DNA of 64,000 nucleotides from Alloascoidea hylecoeti (taxonomy: Eukaryota): positions 62,001 to 126,000 of the forward strand of contig BCKZ01000001.1 of assembly GCA_001600815.1 (NCBI GenBank), in the 5' to 3' direction. This document shows positions 46,310 to 59,695 of this stretch, piece by piece (the stretch's first letter is position 1; each line of letters begins with the position of its first letter). A program made the translations under genes and the position numbers. A model generated the notes under the pieces. It was not told the DNA's origin. It made no database searches and saw only the letters and a list, made by a program, of their open reading frames with translations.

Positions 46310-48029
46310 TTAATTACTAGCATACAAGTCCTCGTCTTTAGGACTATAATTCTCATCATCTCCAAAATTTAATAATAATAATTTATGATTAAATTCTTTA
46401 TCAAGCATGATATGTCGATCATCAATCTCACCATTTAAATTATCAAAATTATAACCAAAATTAATAAATTTATTTCTCCTCGTCTCTATATCATAAAGTA
46501 TGAGAAAGGGAATTAGCAACTTCCCTTCCACCTCTAGATCTTCCGTTTCAACCTGATTTTTCCCTAAATCTTTTTCGGCTCCAGCTCTATTCAAATCTTT
46601 ATCTATGTGCCTCCATGTTAACATACATTGAAGATTTATTACTATCCTATTATCCTAAAAATATATATGGGGTAGAATAGCAAGAATCACACATACAGAT
46701 AAACACTCGATGTTCATCATTTGTGAAAGAGAATCGCTATCTATTTGCTGGAATATTGGTTTCCACATGTCATGTTGTAAAGAATAGTCTCTCTTCAATT
46801 GACTGTGATTTTGATCTTTATCTTCTCTCTGCCCATATTTAACTTCCACATTTAACCATTTGATCCGTTAAGTAATAATGGCTTGTAACATATTCCACGA
46901 CTTGAAATATCACCATCATTAAGAGTATCAGTACCAATGTCATTACACCATTGATCTAGTCTTTTAAAAATACCTATAAATTCTCCAGTTAATCTTTCAA
47001 ATATATACCAAACAGAAGGAAAAATTTTATAATCTTCTTCTATTTCTATGCTTGTTCTAATATGTATAATTAAAAATTGTTCAGAAACCTGGAATCTCTC
47101 AATATCTGTTGTTCCTTGATTGGATAGATCAAATTTAATATCTCCTTTTGCTTCAAGTGTAATTTCCTAAAATTGGTTCTAGATTTGATTCATTTAAATA
47201 ATTATCTTCATCAATTGAAAAATATTCTTCTATATTATTCAAATCTGACTTCCGACATCTTATAAATACTTTTTTAACTTTTTCATAATTAACATCATTA
47301 TCAAAAACTTCGGGAAAATAAATAAAAGTTTTTTTCATAGATTTTACTCAATGCTCGTGTCTGGTAAGACCAACTTCTGACAATATTAAGAAGGCCTTTA
47401 TCTTTAGTAGTGTTTTTAAATTGCCCTTCAGAGTCTGTATTACCTTTAAATATTATATTTCTCCGAGGAATATTATTATGGAGAGGAAATATTTTTACAG
47501 ACCTCGAAGAAATATCCTGAATATTGGATTCTATGTCTGTTGATTTAATGCTCCATTCATTTTTCAATCTAGGATTAGATTCTACCATCCATTCATTTTC
47601 ATGTTGAGTTTCTATTCAAAGACCATAACAGTTCTTCCAATGAATATATACTATATTGTTCCCAAGACACATTAGGAAATATTTCTAGAAAATCACATTT
47701 AAAATAATCATGATCAGTAATATTAACAATATCTTTATAATTAGGAAGTATCAAAGGATTTTCTAAATTATTTCTAATATTAATTAACATGTTTTTTTAA
47801 TTTTAAAAGAATTAAATGTTTATTAATATTTTCAACATTTTTAAATTGTCCTATAACTCCTAATTCATCAACATTAAGTTTATAATAATTTATAAAATCA
47901 TAATAATATCCACGTAAAGTATAACAGGAACAAGATAATCAAAAAACATCTTGAATATCTAGAATTAGTTAATTTTAAAAGAATTTCATCAGATAGTCCT
48001 GATAAATTATGTCTATTACTTGGAAACAT
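46310..48029 (-). pseudogene. F-box protein pseudogene with multiple frameshifts and stops
   Basis: NLSGLSDEILLKLTN/(frameshift)LDIQDVF*LSCSCYTLR forms an F-box motif near ATG 48029; six consecutive same-strand ORF fragments extend to 46310. Confidence 0.65.
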
Positions 48030-48379
48030 ATAAATAAATTTAGTAAATAATGAAGAATTAGATGAAAGTCTCCATTTAAAAAATATTTTCTTTCGACTGC
48101 TACTTTCTTTTTTTTTTTTTTTTCTTAAAATTTCCTTAAACATTTATGTTGTATAAGACTTACATTTTTGATGAAAACAAAAAAAATTAAGGCTCATAAT
48201 ATGTATTATCTATTTACAGCAATTGCAACTACAACTACAACAATATATAATGCAGACTTCAAAACTCTAAAGCTAATATTCAAATATATAAACGTTTTAT
48301 AAAATACCTGTTTCATTATTGATGTGAACGCCTTAACTAACAAGTATTGTGGCTGGATGATTTAACAAGAGTTCTATCT

Positions 48380-49731
48380 GACATCTTTCAAGTTTCCAAA
48401 TTTTATTTTCTGCTTTGTGTTGACTGCTTATTATATTGTGTGAGCGCTTAAAATTGTCATATATGATTTCTGCAATTGAAAAGTATCCATCTACAGAGAT
48501 TCCCGATTCTAGTTTCTAAGATGATTTGTTGGTATAATCCTCTCCTCTTATCATTAACAAGCAGATATATAACTAACCGAGAACATGCATAGAAACCAGC
48601 ACAGATGTTCTTTATAGCTATTGTTTTGATCTCTTCTGCTTGATGATAACACCATTTTTACAAATTTTCCATTTAAAATTAAAGAATTAGTTGTCAGATT
48701 TTAATATTTGAATAAATATTAATCGAGTTCGCTATCTTTATATTTTAAGGAGATTTATCAAGTCTTTTGGGCTGAATTTAATATTCATTCGATTCTGAAA
48801 TATAATTTCAAGGTTTTAAAGTTACAATTACACATAACTCATGTTAAATTGATACCAATTTAAACTACAAGAGATTTTGATACATAATAGTTTTATTTTC
48901 AATAATCTGATAAGTTTGGGCTTTATTATCATTTGTGAAATGCTACTCAATTGGATTCAAACATTATTAGTTGATTTTTAAAACTTAATACCAGTAGTTG
49001 GAATAGAGTCGACTGTTTCTTTTTAGATTTCGTTACTTTGTTCAATTATTGGATTTGATAAAAAAAAAACATCACCTATATTATCTTTTTAAAGCAATTG
49101 CTTGCATAATGAGGGGATTAACCAATATTACAAGAGGTACCGTTTCTGTTTTAAATAGTTTAAAAGCTTCTGTTCCATTTTTAATCGATGTTGGGAGTTT
49201 TCTTTTTTTAGGTTTATTTGCTATTACGGTGCTCAAAGTTTCAAAGGTTCATAATAATCTTCATATAGAAGATGATGTGTTTAGAAAAATGAAAATAATT
49301 CATCAGATAATTATTGCATGAGCTGCAATTTTGTGGTGGGTACTTAGATCCTGATACTGTATGGCTTATTTATATTCTAATGGTTCATCATCAGGTATTA
49401 GAAAAGGTTTTTTGAAGTCCTACCCACTCAGTTTTGTAAAATGGGTACAAATCTTTATTATGGTACTATATCATATGATAATTTTGCTCATTATTTTGAA
49501 TTTCCTTTTGTTATGATCAATATTAATATTTTTCAGATCAAATGGTATTATAATACAATGAATTCAGATTCAGATTCAAAAAAAAATGCAAATGCAATTT
49601 GCCTCTTTTTCGGATTTGGTGTTATTATATTAGGTGATTGGATCATAAATTTATTTGTTGTTGTTATAATATCCGGGTTTATAATTGGTAAAGATGAATT
49701 AAAATCACAAGCAAAGTTACAGAGAAATTAA
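48380..49731 (+). pseudogene. CCH1: Relic of the Cch1 calcium channel, repeat I only, frameshifted and truncated
   Basis: Ordered motifs SWNRVD (48996), GTVSVLNSLKASVPFL, GAQSFKGS (49228), QFCGGYLD (49326), YSNGSSSGIRKGF, N.YYGTISYDNF...E..FV, YYNTMNSDS, CLFF....ILGDWIINLFVVVIISGF; the left boundary is approximate. Confidence 0.82.
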
Positions 49732-50345
49732 TAACAAGAAAAACTTGTGGAACATAATTGTTTATTTAAAATTTATCATAAAACTAGGCAATTTTGGACC
49801 TTTTGTTATATATATTTGATTTATTTGTTATATCTTATATAAGAAAGTGAATATGGAAGATGATCTAGAAGAATATAATAAATTTTTTTATTATGACTCT
49901 GAAATCAGCGAGCTGAGCGTGAACACATATTTACGTTTAATTTATACAATTGGTTGACTATTTTTCTAAATTGTTAGATTTTATCGTGTTATATTGGAAC
50001 TTCCTTATACAAAACATTTATGGCAAAAAGTTCTTGGTAATGTTAAATCTATTACAAATTTAATTATGTTAATTAAGGAATAAATCTTTCATTATATTGG
50101 TTACTCTATGGATCAATCTAGTTCTCATAGCTCTACTCAATGATAAAGGGAAATTAGTAAGAGCTATTAATATTCGTGGATTTAAAGCTAATTATTCAAC
50201 TTTGTATTTTTATCTTAATTTTATTTACATTAGTAACCAGGTTAGCATAACCAATGAATTAACAATCATAATACGAAACCTCAAATTAAAAGTATGATAT
50301 ATAATTCCAACTATTTGTATTTATTTTTCATAGTTATATATAAAA

Positions 50346-51494
50346 TTAAATATCAAATATAACAACTCTGCCATCTAAACCAGTACTTGAAATTTTAATA
50401 ACATTTCCATTTTGATCATAATCATAAGGTCTAATAGTATTAATTGTATTTTGATGAATTGTTGGTAAATCTTCAGCATTATTACCAGTAGCTGAATTTA
50501 AAGAAACTTTACCTTTTAAATCCATTTGTCTAAACATATTAAGAGCATTCCTTTCTCTTAAATCATCATCATCATCATCATAATTAGAATTGTTATGTTG
50601 AACTTTTGAATTTTCTGGACCATCAATTGATTTAGAATATTGCCATCCTGATTCATCACCATTAAAAACAACTGGATGACAATCATGACCAGCAACAACG
50701 ATTTCAGATTCATTTATCCATGATAAAGATTTAAAAGGTAAAAATGATGAAGAAATTGAAATAACAGCTTTTGGTGGTCCACCTTGAGATGAAGGATAAA
50801 CAATTGTAATTGAAGCATCATGACCAGTAAAAGCTAATAAATCACCAGATGGAGAAAATTCAACATCGTGAATCCAAGCACCAGTATTATTTAAATAATC
50901 CCCACATAAAGTTTGAAAAGGTAATCTTTCACCCCATACGGAAGCAGGAGGTTTTGAATCCAAACCTTTAACATAAGCAGAGAATACTCTTGCATGCCCA
51001 TCTGTTGAACCAGCTGCTAATAAAACTGAATTTGGATGCCATCTGACAGATAAAATTGTTGATTTAATTGATTTTTTGATATGCTTTGAAACCCACCAAT
51101 CATTTTCATCTTCAAAATAACAAATTGCAATCACTCTTGCTCCTGAACCAACAGCGAATTTCTTACCATCTGGAGACCAACGCACAAAAGTCGCAGCTCG
51201 ATTGATACGCAATAAAACTAAAGTTTGTTTCCAATTTTTACCAGTTTCGTCAATTGGTTCCCAAACAAGAGCATTACGGTCTTGTGAGCAAGTAACAATT
51301 CGGCCTGTTTCTGAAATATCAACGGATGTCACCATTTGCTTGTGGTCGACCAAGCTAGTTAATAGTTTATACTTGGAGCCACCGGAAGCATACAACTCAA
51401 CAGAATTATCACGGGCCAGGGCCAGCAGGGAATGGTCGGGGGCGAATGAGTGGTCAGCAATCGGCACGTGACCGAGGGGGTGTACTTTTGGCAT
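50346..51494 (-). CDS. ARC40: Arp2/3 complex subunit ARPC1 (WD40)
   Basis: Motifs IVTCSQDRNALVW, TLVLLRINRAAT.VRWSP.G.KFAVGSG, ENDWWVSKHIKK, WGERLPF, T.HQNTI; likely ATG at 51494. Confidence 0.96.
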   Translation of the reverse strand: MPKVHPLGHVPIADHSFAPDHSLLALARDNSVELYASGGSKYKLLTSLVDHKQMVTSVDISETGRIVTCSQDRNALVWEPIDETGKNWKQTLVLLRINRAATFVRWSPDGKKFAVGSGARVIAICYFEDENDWWVSKHIKKSIKSTILSVRWHPNSVLLAAGSTDGHARVFSAYVKGLDSKPPASVWGERLPFQTLCGDYLNNTGAWIHDVEFSPSGDLLAFTGHDASITIVYPSSQGGPPKAVISISSSFLPFKSLSWINESEIVVAGHDCHPVVFNGDESGWQYSKSIDGPENSKVQHNNSNYDDDDDDLRERNALNMFRQMDLKGKVSLNSATGNNAEDLPTIHQNTINTIRPYDYDQNGNVIKISSTGLDGRVVIFDI

Positions 51495-53103
51495 TGTGGA
51501 ACGATTAGTAATGAGGATTGAAACAGGAGCACACTCTACTGTTAAGTAAAGTGTAATGTATATATGTGTGTGATGACATCCACGCCTATTCTCAGATATA
51601 CACGTATGTAGCACGATACTCTCTAATAATAACTACCTAAAGTAGGTAAACTCAAATAAAATTAATCTGAATTTTTCAACAATATCTTATAGTTGATACT
51701 GGTATGTTCATTTCCGGATTCTGTAATGCCTCTGAATCTGATGATATTTCACACTTACTTGATGAGTGATTTAAATAATTTACATTTCATTCAGAGACTC
51801 AACAACATAAAACTCATTATATTTATTATATTAATCAATAGTAATTAATGATTAATTTTACATATTTTTTGATGTTTGATTACCGGAAGAAAAAGTTAGG
51901 TAAGTTATCTTATTATCATATAGGGGCCTAGGTGTTGGAGCGCCTTTTTCACCGGACCTGAATCCAATATAAAGTGCACCGCAAGGTTAATCTCAAAATA
52001 TATTTGGATCAGTGTATCATTAACGATAAGTTGCAGCCGTTTATAGCGTTCAGGGCGCCAAACCAAATACTAAATTAGAAATGTCATTTCACGATCTAAT
52101 ACATTAGAAACCGTTTGAATTCTTGTCGAGTATTTAATTAGTGCCTGGTTATAATATTATCGTGTTTTTGGATGGGTATTTATGATAAAAACGTAGACTT
52201 ATCTTACTAAACAAGTTTACATTTACAATGATTCTGCATAGATGCATTTAAGATTATTGTTTTGAACTTTAAATTCATATCAGAAGTTGGTAAGCGTAGT
52301 TCATTACGATTCGTGGAAAATAAATTAATTGAAAACTAGTTGATAGAGATTCATTTAATAGATTATGTTGTCCAACAATGATATTATTATATTAAAAAGA
52401 CTATAAATAAGAAAATATATATTCAATGAACAAGATATATGAATTTTTTAAACATAATAAACATAACATGTACAAAAGTTAACTTTCAAGAATTTAAAAA
52501 AAGGAAGAATCTACCAGGAAAAAAAATAAAATAAAATAAAAAAAAAAAAAACCATACCAATAAAATGATAGCTATTTCAATTACCTAGAATTGCCAAAGA
52601 AAAAAAAACAAAAAGAAAAAGAAAAAGATTATATATATAATCAATGATTCCAAAATATTAAAACAATAAAGACAATATGTTTATTTTCATGCAAGAAAAT
52701 GAAAAGAAAGAAAAACAAAATGAAAAGTAAAAGTAAAAGTAAAAAAATAAAATGAATTGAATTAAGATGAATTAAAATAAATTAAAATGAATTAAAATGA
52801 ATTAAAAAGAAACAATTTTTTTATCATCACAAATAGATAATTAATATATAATGCATAATGAAGAAATATGAATAAATTTCAAATGGGAAATATTAATGAG
52901 TGAATGATCATGAGAAATGAATGAAATGAAAAATAGTCATCTATAGCTGTATGTAAGTTCTAATAAAGAAGAGAAAGAAAAGATCATAATCAATCAATAA
53001 TCAAATTGAATTGTAATTGTAATTGTAATTGCAAGCTTAAAACAAGCAGGTTTAATTATCAAAATTAATTTATCATTATCATCAGTTTGAGTTGTTAAAA
53101 ACA

Positions 53104-56100
53104 TTATATTTTTATATCTTGATTATAATTACATGTATAATGAATATAATCATAAAGACTTGAAATTAAATCATTTGAATTTTTTGATTTAATTATATTT
53201 TTATGATGATATCTTTTTGGAATTAAGTGTAAATCAAAATCATTTATAATTTTTTCTTTTTCTTTTTTAATTTTATAATTTTGTTGTTTTTTTATTATAT
53301 CATTTGATAATGATAATGATGATGAAGAAGATAATGATTCTTTTGTTGTAATCGTTGTTGCAATTGGGAATTTAAAAGCATCTAATAATGCTAATGATTC
53401 CAATGATTTAAAAGGAATTATACTAATACTATCATTTTTATTTCTGTCATTATTATTAACAACATTTTGATTATTAATACCATAATTATAATTCATATCA
53501 TAATTTGTTGTTGTATAATTATTATAGTTATAATTTTTATTAAGACTATCATGATGATAATCATAAGAGTAACCATAATTTAAATCATCATTCTGAATAA
53601 TTGTTCTGATTTCATTATTGTCATTTAATTCAATTTCATTATCATTTGATTCATTATCTATAAAACCATAAGCAACTTCATATTCTTGAATTAAATGATT
53701 TGGTGTAATTTTAATATTATTACCAACGATATTTTTCGTTGATTTTTGAGAAAATATAGATAATGGTGAAATTGGTGAATCAATATTATTATTACTAATC
53801 GATTTTGAAGAATTTGTCCCTGAATTTAAGTTTGTTGAATTCGAATTCCAATTCGATTGAAAATTGAAATTGCAACTTGCATTTGAACTTGCATCGGGAA
53901 TGAAATTTGAATTTGAATATGAATTTGAATTTGAATTTGAAGTTTTCAATTTCGGTATAATTGAAATTGTTTTATTTACTTTTGTTTTTGCTTTGGAAAT
54001 TGAAATTGGTACTGATAAACTATTATTTGAGAATTTTTCTTTTAAATTTAAACCATTAATGTTAATATGATGATGAACAATTGATTTTGAATGTTTCTTT
54101 GATTTTGATTTGATGACTTTATTTTGATTTAAGTTTAAGTTTGTATTTTTAGTTTGATGCTGTAGAAGATGATTTTGACCATCATTATCACTATCATTTA
54201 AAGGTACTAAATCATTTGATATCATTTTTCTTCTGTTTAACAATACAGAATTACTAATATTTAAATCAAATGAGTTAGAAAGCTCTGAAAATGAAAATTT
54301 AGGCATTATTATCTTATCATTATAATTATTATGAATAATTTTACCAGTTGTTAATTCTTCATTAAAAGAACTTGAATTTGTAGTATAATAATCATAATCA
54401 TTATTAGATAATGGAGTTGATTTATAATTATTATTATTATTATGATAATGATTATAATCAGACAAAACCATTGATGAAGTTGTTAAAATTGATGATGAAT
54501 TATCAGTATATGATAAATATGATGAATGATTATTATGATTATTGTTTATTAAATTTCTTTGTATTTCATTACCATTATTAAATGATTTTTTAATTGATTC
54601 TTCATTAATATTAATTTGATTATTAATATGATTACTTTTCAAAATACTATGAGGTTCTAAATTTGTTGTTAATGGTGTTGTTTCTAATGGAGTTATATTA
54701 TTAAATTTCTTAATCCATGGATGATTTAAAAATTGTTCAATTGTATATCTTTTTTTAGGATCTAATTCTAAACAATGAGAAATTAAATCTTTTACATCAT
54801 CACCAATTTCATCCCACCATGGTTCTAAAAAAACATATTCACCATTTGAAATTTTATAAGTTAATGATTTTAAATCATCATCATAAAAAGGTGGAAACCC
54901 ACATAATATTGTATATAATATACAACCAAGAGCCCAAATATCAACAGATTTATCATAATATTGATTATTTATAATTTCAGGAGCTGTATAACCAATCGTA
55001 CCACATGGAGTTTTTGTTTTTTGATCCCAACAAATTTTTGATAATCCAAAATCTGCTAATTTTATTTTTCCAATTTCTCCACCACCAATACCATTTAAAA
55101 ATTTCCCTTCATCTAATTTTTTATTATTATTTAAATCATCTGATTTTCTATGATTTTTTAATTTTGTTTTTAAATCATTTGGTATATAATTAATTGGATA
55201 AAATAATAAATTTTCAGGTTTTAAATCTCTATGAATAATACCAATTTTATTATGTAAAAAATTTAATGTTTTTGCAATTTGTAAAATTATAAAATTTGAT
55301 AAAATTTCAGAAAAATAAGTATATTTTATAATTTGATGAAATAATTCACCTCCTTTAATAAATTCCATAATTAAAAAAAAATTTGTAGAAGATTCAATAA
55401 AATTTAATAAATTAACAATATTTGAATGCCTTGATAATCTCATTATTGAAACTTCTTTATAAATATTTGATTTTTGTTGTTTTGATAAATTTAATTTTGA
55501 TACTATTTTAATTGCAACTAATTCATTATTACTTAAATCTTTTGCTTTATAAACTTTTGAAAATGCACCTTCACCGATAAGAGATATTAATTCATATCGT
55601 GATGATATTTCTGGATAATAGGGAACATCACAAGTATCATCATTTTGATGGGGGGGATCACGTGGAGGTGGGTATTGATACTCTTCATTAGGATTATTAA
55701 TATTCGGGTTGAAATTGTTTATGTCCTGGACATCATCTGAGCCACAATGGGTTGTGCAGTTGTTGGGGTGGTAACTTATGGCAGTGTGAGGACAATCCGG
55801 AAGCGAATGAGGTTGCAATTGCAATTGGCTCCGATTTGTAGAAACGGAAACGGTGGGCTTTGAATTATTACTGATTGTCTTTGAACGACGAACGATTGAA
55901 CAAGATTTCATGAGGGCTTTAAGGGACGTGGATCGCTTGCACGGATCGTTGTAACGAGAGGACGACGGTAGGGTGCGGGTGCGGGTGCGGGTGCGGGTGC
56001 GGTTCTGGGCGGTGTTCCGGTTCTGGGGGGACGACGTGGATTCAGATTCAGAGGAGGATTTTGCAGGAGTCCTGTTCCTTAAAAACTTCTTCAGATTCTA

Positions 56101-56181
56101 TATATAGAGAAGGACGATGAAAAGGTTAATTATTTATAGTTATGCGCTAATGGTGGGAAAGCATCATACCTCAAAGATCAT
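53104..56181 (-). CDS. RCK2: Rck2/Srk1-type MAPK-activated CaMK-family kinase; 12-nt first exon (56170-56181) plus 53104-56097, ~1000 aa
   Basis: Motifs GEGAFS, HRDLKPENLL, K.DEG.F..G.GGG.IG.IKLADFGLSK, TPCGT.GYTAPE, FLEPWWDEI. Intron 56098-56169 (GTATGA..ATTAAC..TAG) gives the N-terminus MIFENLKKFLR. Confidence 0.88.
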
Positions 56182-58562
56182 ATTTACATAAAATATAGAC
56201 TAAATACACAAAGGAGCCATAAAAAGGCATTCAGTCAAACGATAAAGAAAGAAAACAAACGATTTTGAAAAAAGGATTTAAAAAAAGAAACAGGGAAAAT
56301 AAACAGAAAACGAGCAGTTTTTATAAAAATTTATGAAATTCGAAGAGGCACAATGGATATAATAATATTTACATCAATTTTAATATTACTAAATATTTTG
56401 GTAATACACACGTAAATAATAATAATTTTAGAATGCAAATGAACACCATTAAAAAGTCAAATAATAGTTCTTTTTCTAGAAGTTGACTTTTTTAACTGTG
56501 TAAACTCCTCCAAGCGGATCACGGAAATAAAATTCAACACCCCTTTTTATTCTTTACTGGTAGCTTATTACTAACTAACTAGTGTAATAATAGTCCAGAT
56601 GTAAATCTCCTCGTATAACAACTTCGAATCCATATCCATATAAATTGCTATAATCACAATTATATTATCATTAACATTGAAATAATCCTTTGTTTGAAAT
56701 TGTCCGTGCTACCATTCAATGGCCAATCTTATCAGGACTCTCTTTGGTTTCAGTCAATAGACGTTTGTGAAACATTATGATATGATTATTCCTTTGTCTA
56801 TGATCAAATACATATAAGCTTATATTATAAAGACACTTCATCACTTATCATTTTCTTCTTATTCCAATTTAAAACTCCAAGGAAATCATCCCTTCATTAT
56901 CCTATAATTGGATGAGTATACAATGTATTATTCCGTTTCATCGCTCTCTCATTATTGAACACTGTTTTGGAGTCCGGTATTGTCCACGTGATGCGCGTTA
57001 CATAATCATATACCATGTGACAGATTTGGTACTTTATAATTAATATTGCAATTGATTATGATACATTTTTCTATTCTATGATCTTATTATTTATTATTTT
57101 TTGATTTAAATTTTTGTAGATCATTATACCATAGATATAAATTACTGTCAATATAGCAACTATGCGTATAAACACTCATTAAACAATATTGTGCACCAGT
57201 AATTGTGCTAATCAAATAATCAATTATAAACAAAAGGTAAAGAATAATCGCCATAATCTTTATGAAGTAGTCATATATCAAATATATGCCAAGCATCTCG
57301 TATCTTTATAATTATATAAAGAAATGTACTTTAAATTTATAATTTATATGTGATTTATTTATAAACCAAGGATGTGTAATATTGATCAATTTTGTAGGTT
57401 GAAAAAGCATACTATATTACTGATATGGATGATATCATATATAATATGCAGAAGATAATTTATACATATTGGATGGAAATTTTACCGGGATCCCGGGAAT
57501 AATATAAGATCATACCATCAAAAAAACGAATATAAATACTATATAAAATAAAGACGTAGAATAAGTATAGGATAAATATAAATAATTTATGGCGAAAACC
57601 CAAAAACTGTTTTCCGTAGGTCTAAAAAGGAAATAACTTAACTAATTTAAGGCTGTTTAAATATTAAAGGTGGAGATCAATCTCCTCCATAACATCTCCA
57701 ATATCTCCATAATATTAATATAAATTTACAATATATAAAATTTTAATTATTAATAAATATTGTGAAAAAAGCTTATTTTAAGAATAGCACAATTTCTCTC
57801 TTAAATACCACACTTGACATTAAACTTGATATACAATTTCAATTTTCAATTGATCATCATTAATATGATCATATGATGACTCTGATGAGCATTGCAATTG
57901 AGCTATTTAAACAAATCTTTCAATTGAATTCATCTGATCAAATGCATTGGCCAAACTTTTTATGTTATTATAATTTAATCATCAACCTTATTTGTTTATA
58001 TTTTCTATTAAAGTAATAAAAGATACACAAAATGTAATCAATTGCTGAACATGTGTGTAAATTATTGATTTATCATATCTGCTTATTTATGATCTCGGAA
58101 TCTTATATACCGAGCTTTCATGATCATAATCAACAATATAAACATATTTTTTTTTTTTAAAAAAGTTGAAGTTGCATGTAAATTATAATTACATTACTTT
58201 TAAATTTGTTTTAATCCGCTTAATATACTTAATTATAATACATTATGAGTAGAACATTAATATTGTTGTGAATTTGTGATTGTAATCGCTACGCGGATAT
58301 TAATGATTTATATCAAGAATGTTCAATCTTAATTTATGTGTATATTTTGGTCACCAAGATTTAAATTTGTTTTTAACAAATAACTCTTTTCTATTATTAT
58401 TATTATCATCGTACTCGTAAAATGATATTATTGATAATGATAGATATAAAATTTCCTTTCCTTTTGATTCTAATCTAATCTTTCACATTCATTTTGATCA
58501 CTTTTGATATCATGTATGTGATTCAAATCAAATCGCGCGATATCATAATTTTTTATAACACA

Positions 58563-58565
<3 letters not shown>

Positions 58566-58634
<69 letters not shown>
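58566..58634. repeat. (TTA)23 microsatellite overlapping the stop codon of the WD40 gene
   Basis: Perfect trinucleotide run, 69 bp. Confidence 0.95.
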
Positions 58635-58636
<2 letters not shown>

Positions 58637-59591
58637 TTTCTGAAAAAATATTAATTATTCCTTTTGATGAACCAGTTATAATTTTATTTTCTTTTTTATT
58701 ATAAATAACTTTCCCAATAATACTTTCTTTATCATTAATATTAAGAATTTGTTTAATTTTTGAATTTTTTGATAATAAATCATAAATATATATAATTCCA
58801 TTAACTGAACCACGTATAATATATTTATCATTACAACAAAATTTTGAATTTAATTGATATTTTTCAATATTTGTTTTTGTTGAAGAATTTTTGGTAGGAA
58901 TTTCAAATTTATTTAATAATTTACCATTTAATAAATCAAATAATCTAATTATATCATCATTTGTAAATATCAAAACCATATTACAATCTTCACTAATTTC
59001 AATTGATGATATACTATATCCAATTGTATCAGTTGTTAAATTACCAAATCTTAAATCATAAGTTCTCAATTTACCATCTAATGAACCAGTCAATACCAAA
59101 CAATCATTACCTTTACCATTTTTTTGAGTATTCCCAATACATGTTAAATCACTTATTGAATCCTTAGCATCATTAAAAACTTGTATTGGTTTATAATTAT
59201 TTGATCTTAAATCCCAAATTTTAACTTTTTTATCATTACCACCAGTAATAATTAAATTATCATTTAAATATTTTGAACAAGTAATTCCATTATAATGACA
59301 ATTTTTAAATTTTCTTTCAGATTTTGAAAAAGATTTTTCAAAATCATATATAATTAATTGATTATCTTTTGAAACTGATGAAAATTTAAAATTATTTGGT
59401 GATATTGATAAATCTGTTATATATAAAGAATGTTGTTTTGAATATGATTGGATCTGGGAATAATGATTTAATGACCATAGTTTAATTATACAATCTGAAC
59501 TAGAAGTTATGAAATATGATGAGTTTTGAGTTGTTGATATTGCTGTTATTGATGATTGATGAGCTGTTAATGTATTTATTTGATCAAACAT
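58632..59591 (-). CDS. WD40 repeat protein, WDR83/MORG1-like
   Basis: WD repeats; family-like VKIWDLRS...KPIQ...DAKDSIS and GSLDG.LRTYDLR.G. Confidence 0.82.
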
Positions 59592-59657
59592 TAAGATTGT
59601 TGTAAGTAATTGTCATCCACACACACATGATAGTATCAGCTTAAAAAAAATATAAAT

Positions 59658-59695
59658 CCGGGTAACAGTGTTCACCCTAAGATGGTCATCACGTG
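59658..59695. promoter_or_regulatory. Reb1-type CCGGGTAA plus CACGTG upstream of the WD40 gene
   Basis: Exact matches at 59658-59665 and 59690-59695. Confidence 0.65.

Noticed and set aside
51410..51430. Alternative CUG decoding (Ser or Ala)
   Set aside because: CTG codons fall at hydrophobic positions in ARC40 (DHSLLALAR), consistent with Leu; the sample is very small.
51495..51614. 40-aa N-terminal extension of ARC40 in the ORF track
   Set aside because: Starts at a non-ATG codon; family similarity begins after the ATG at 51494.
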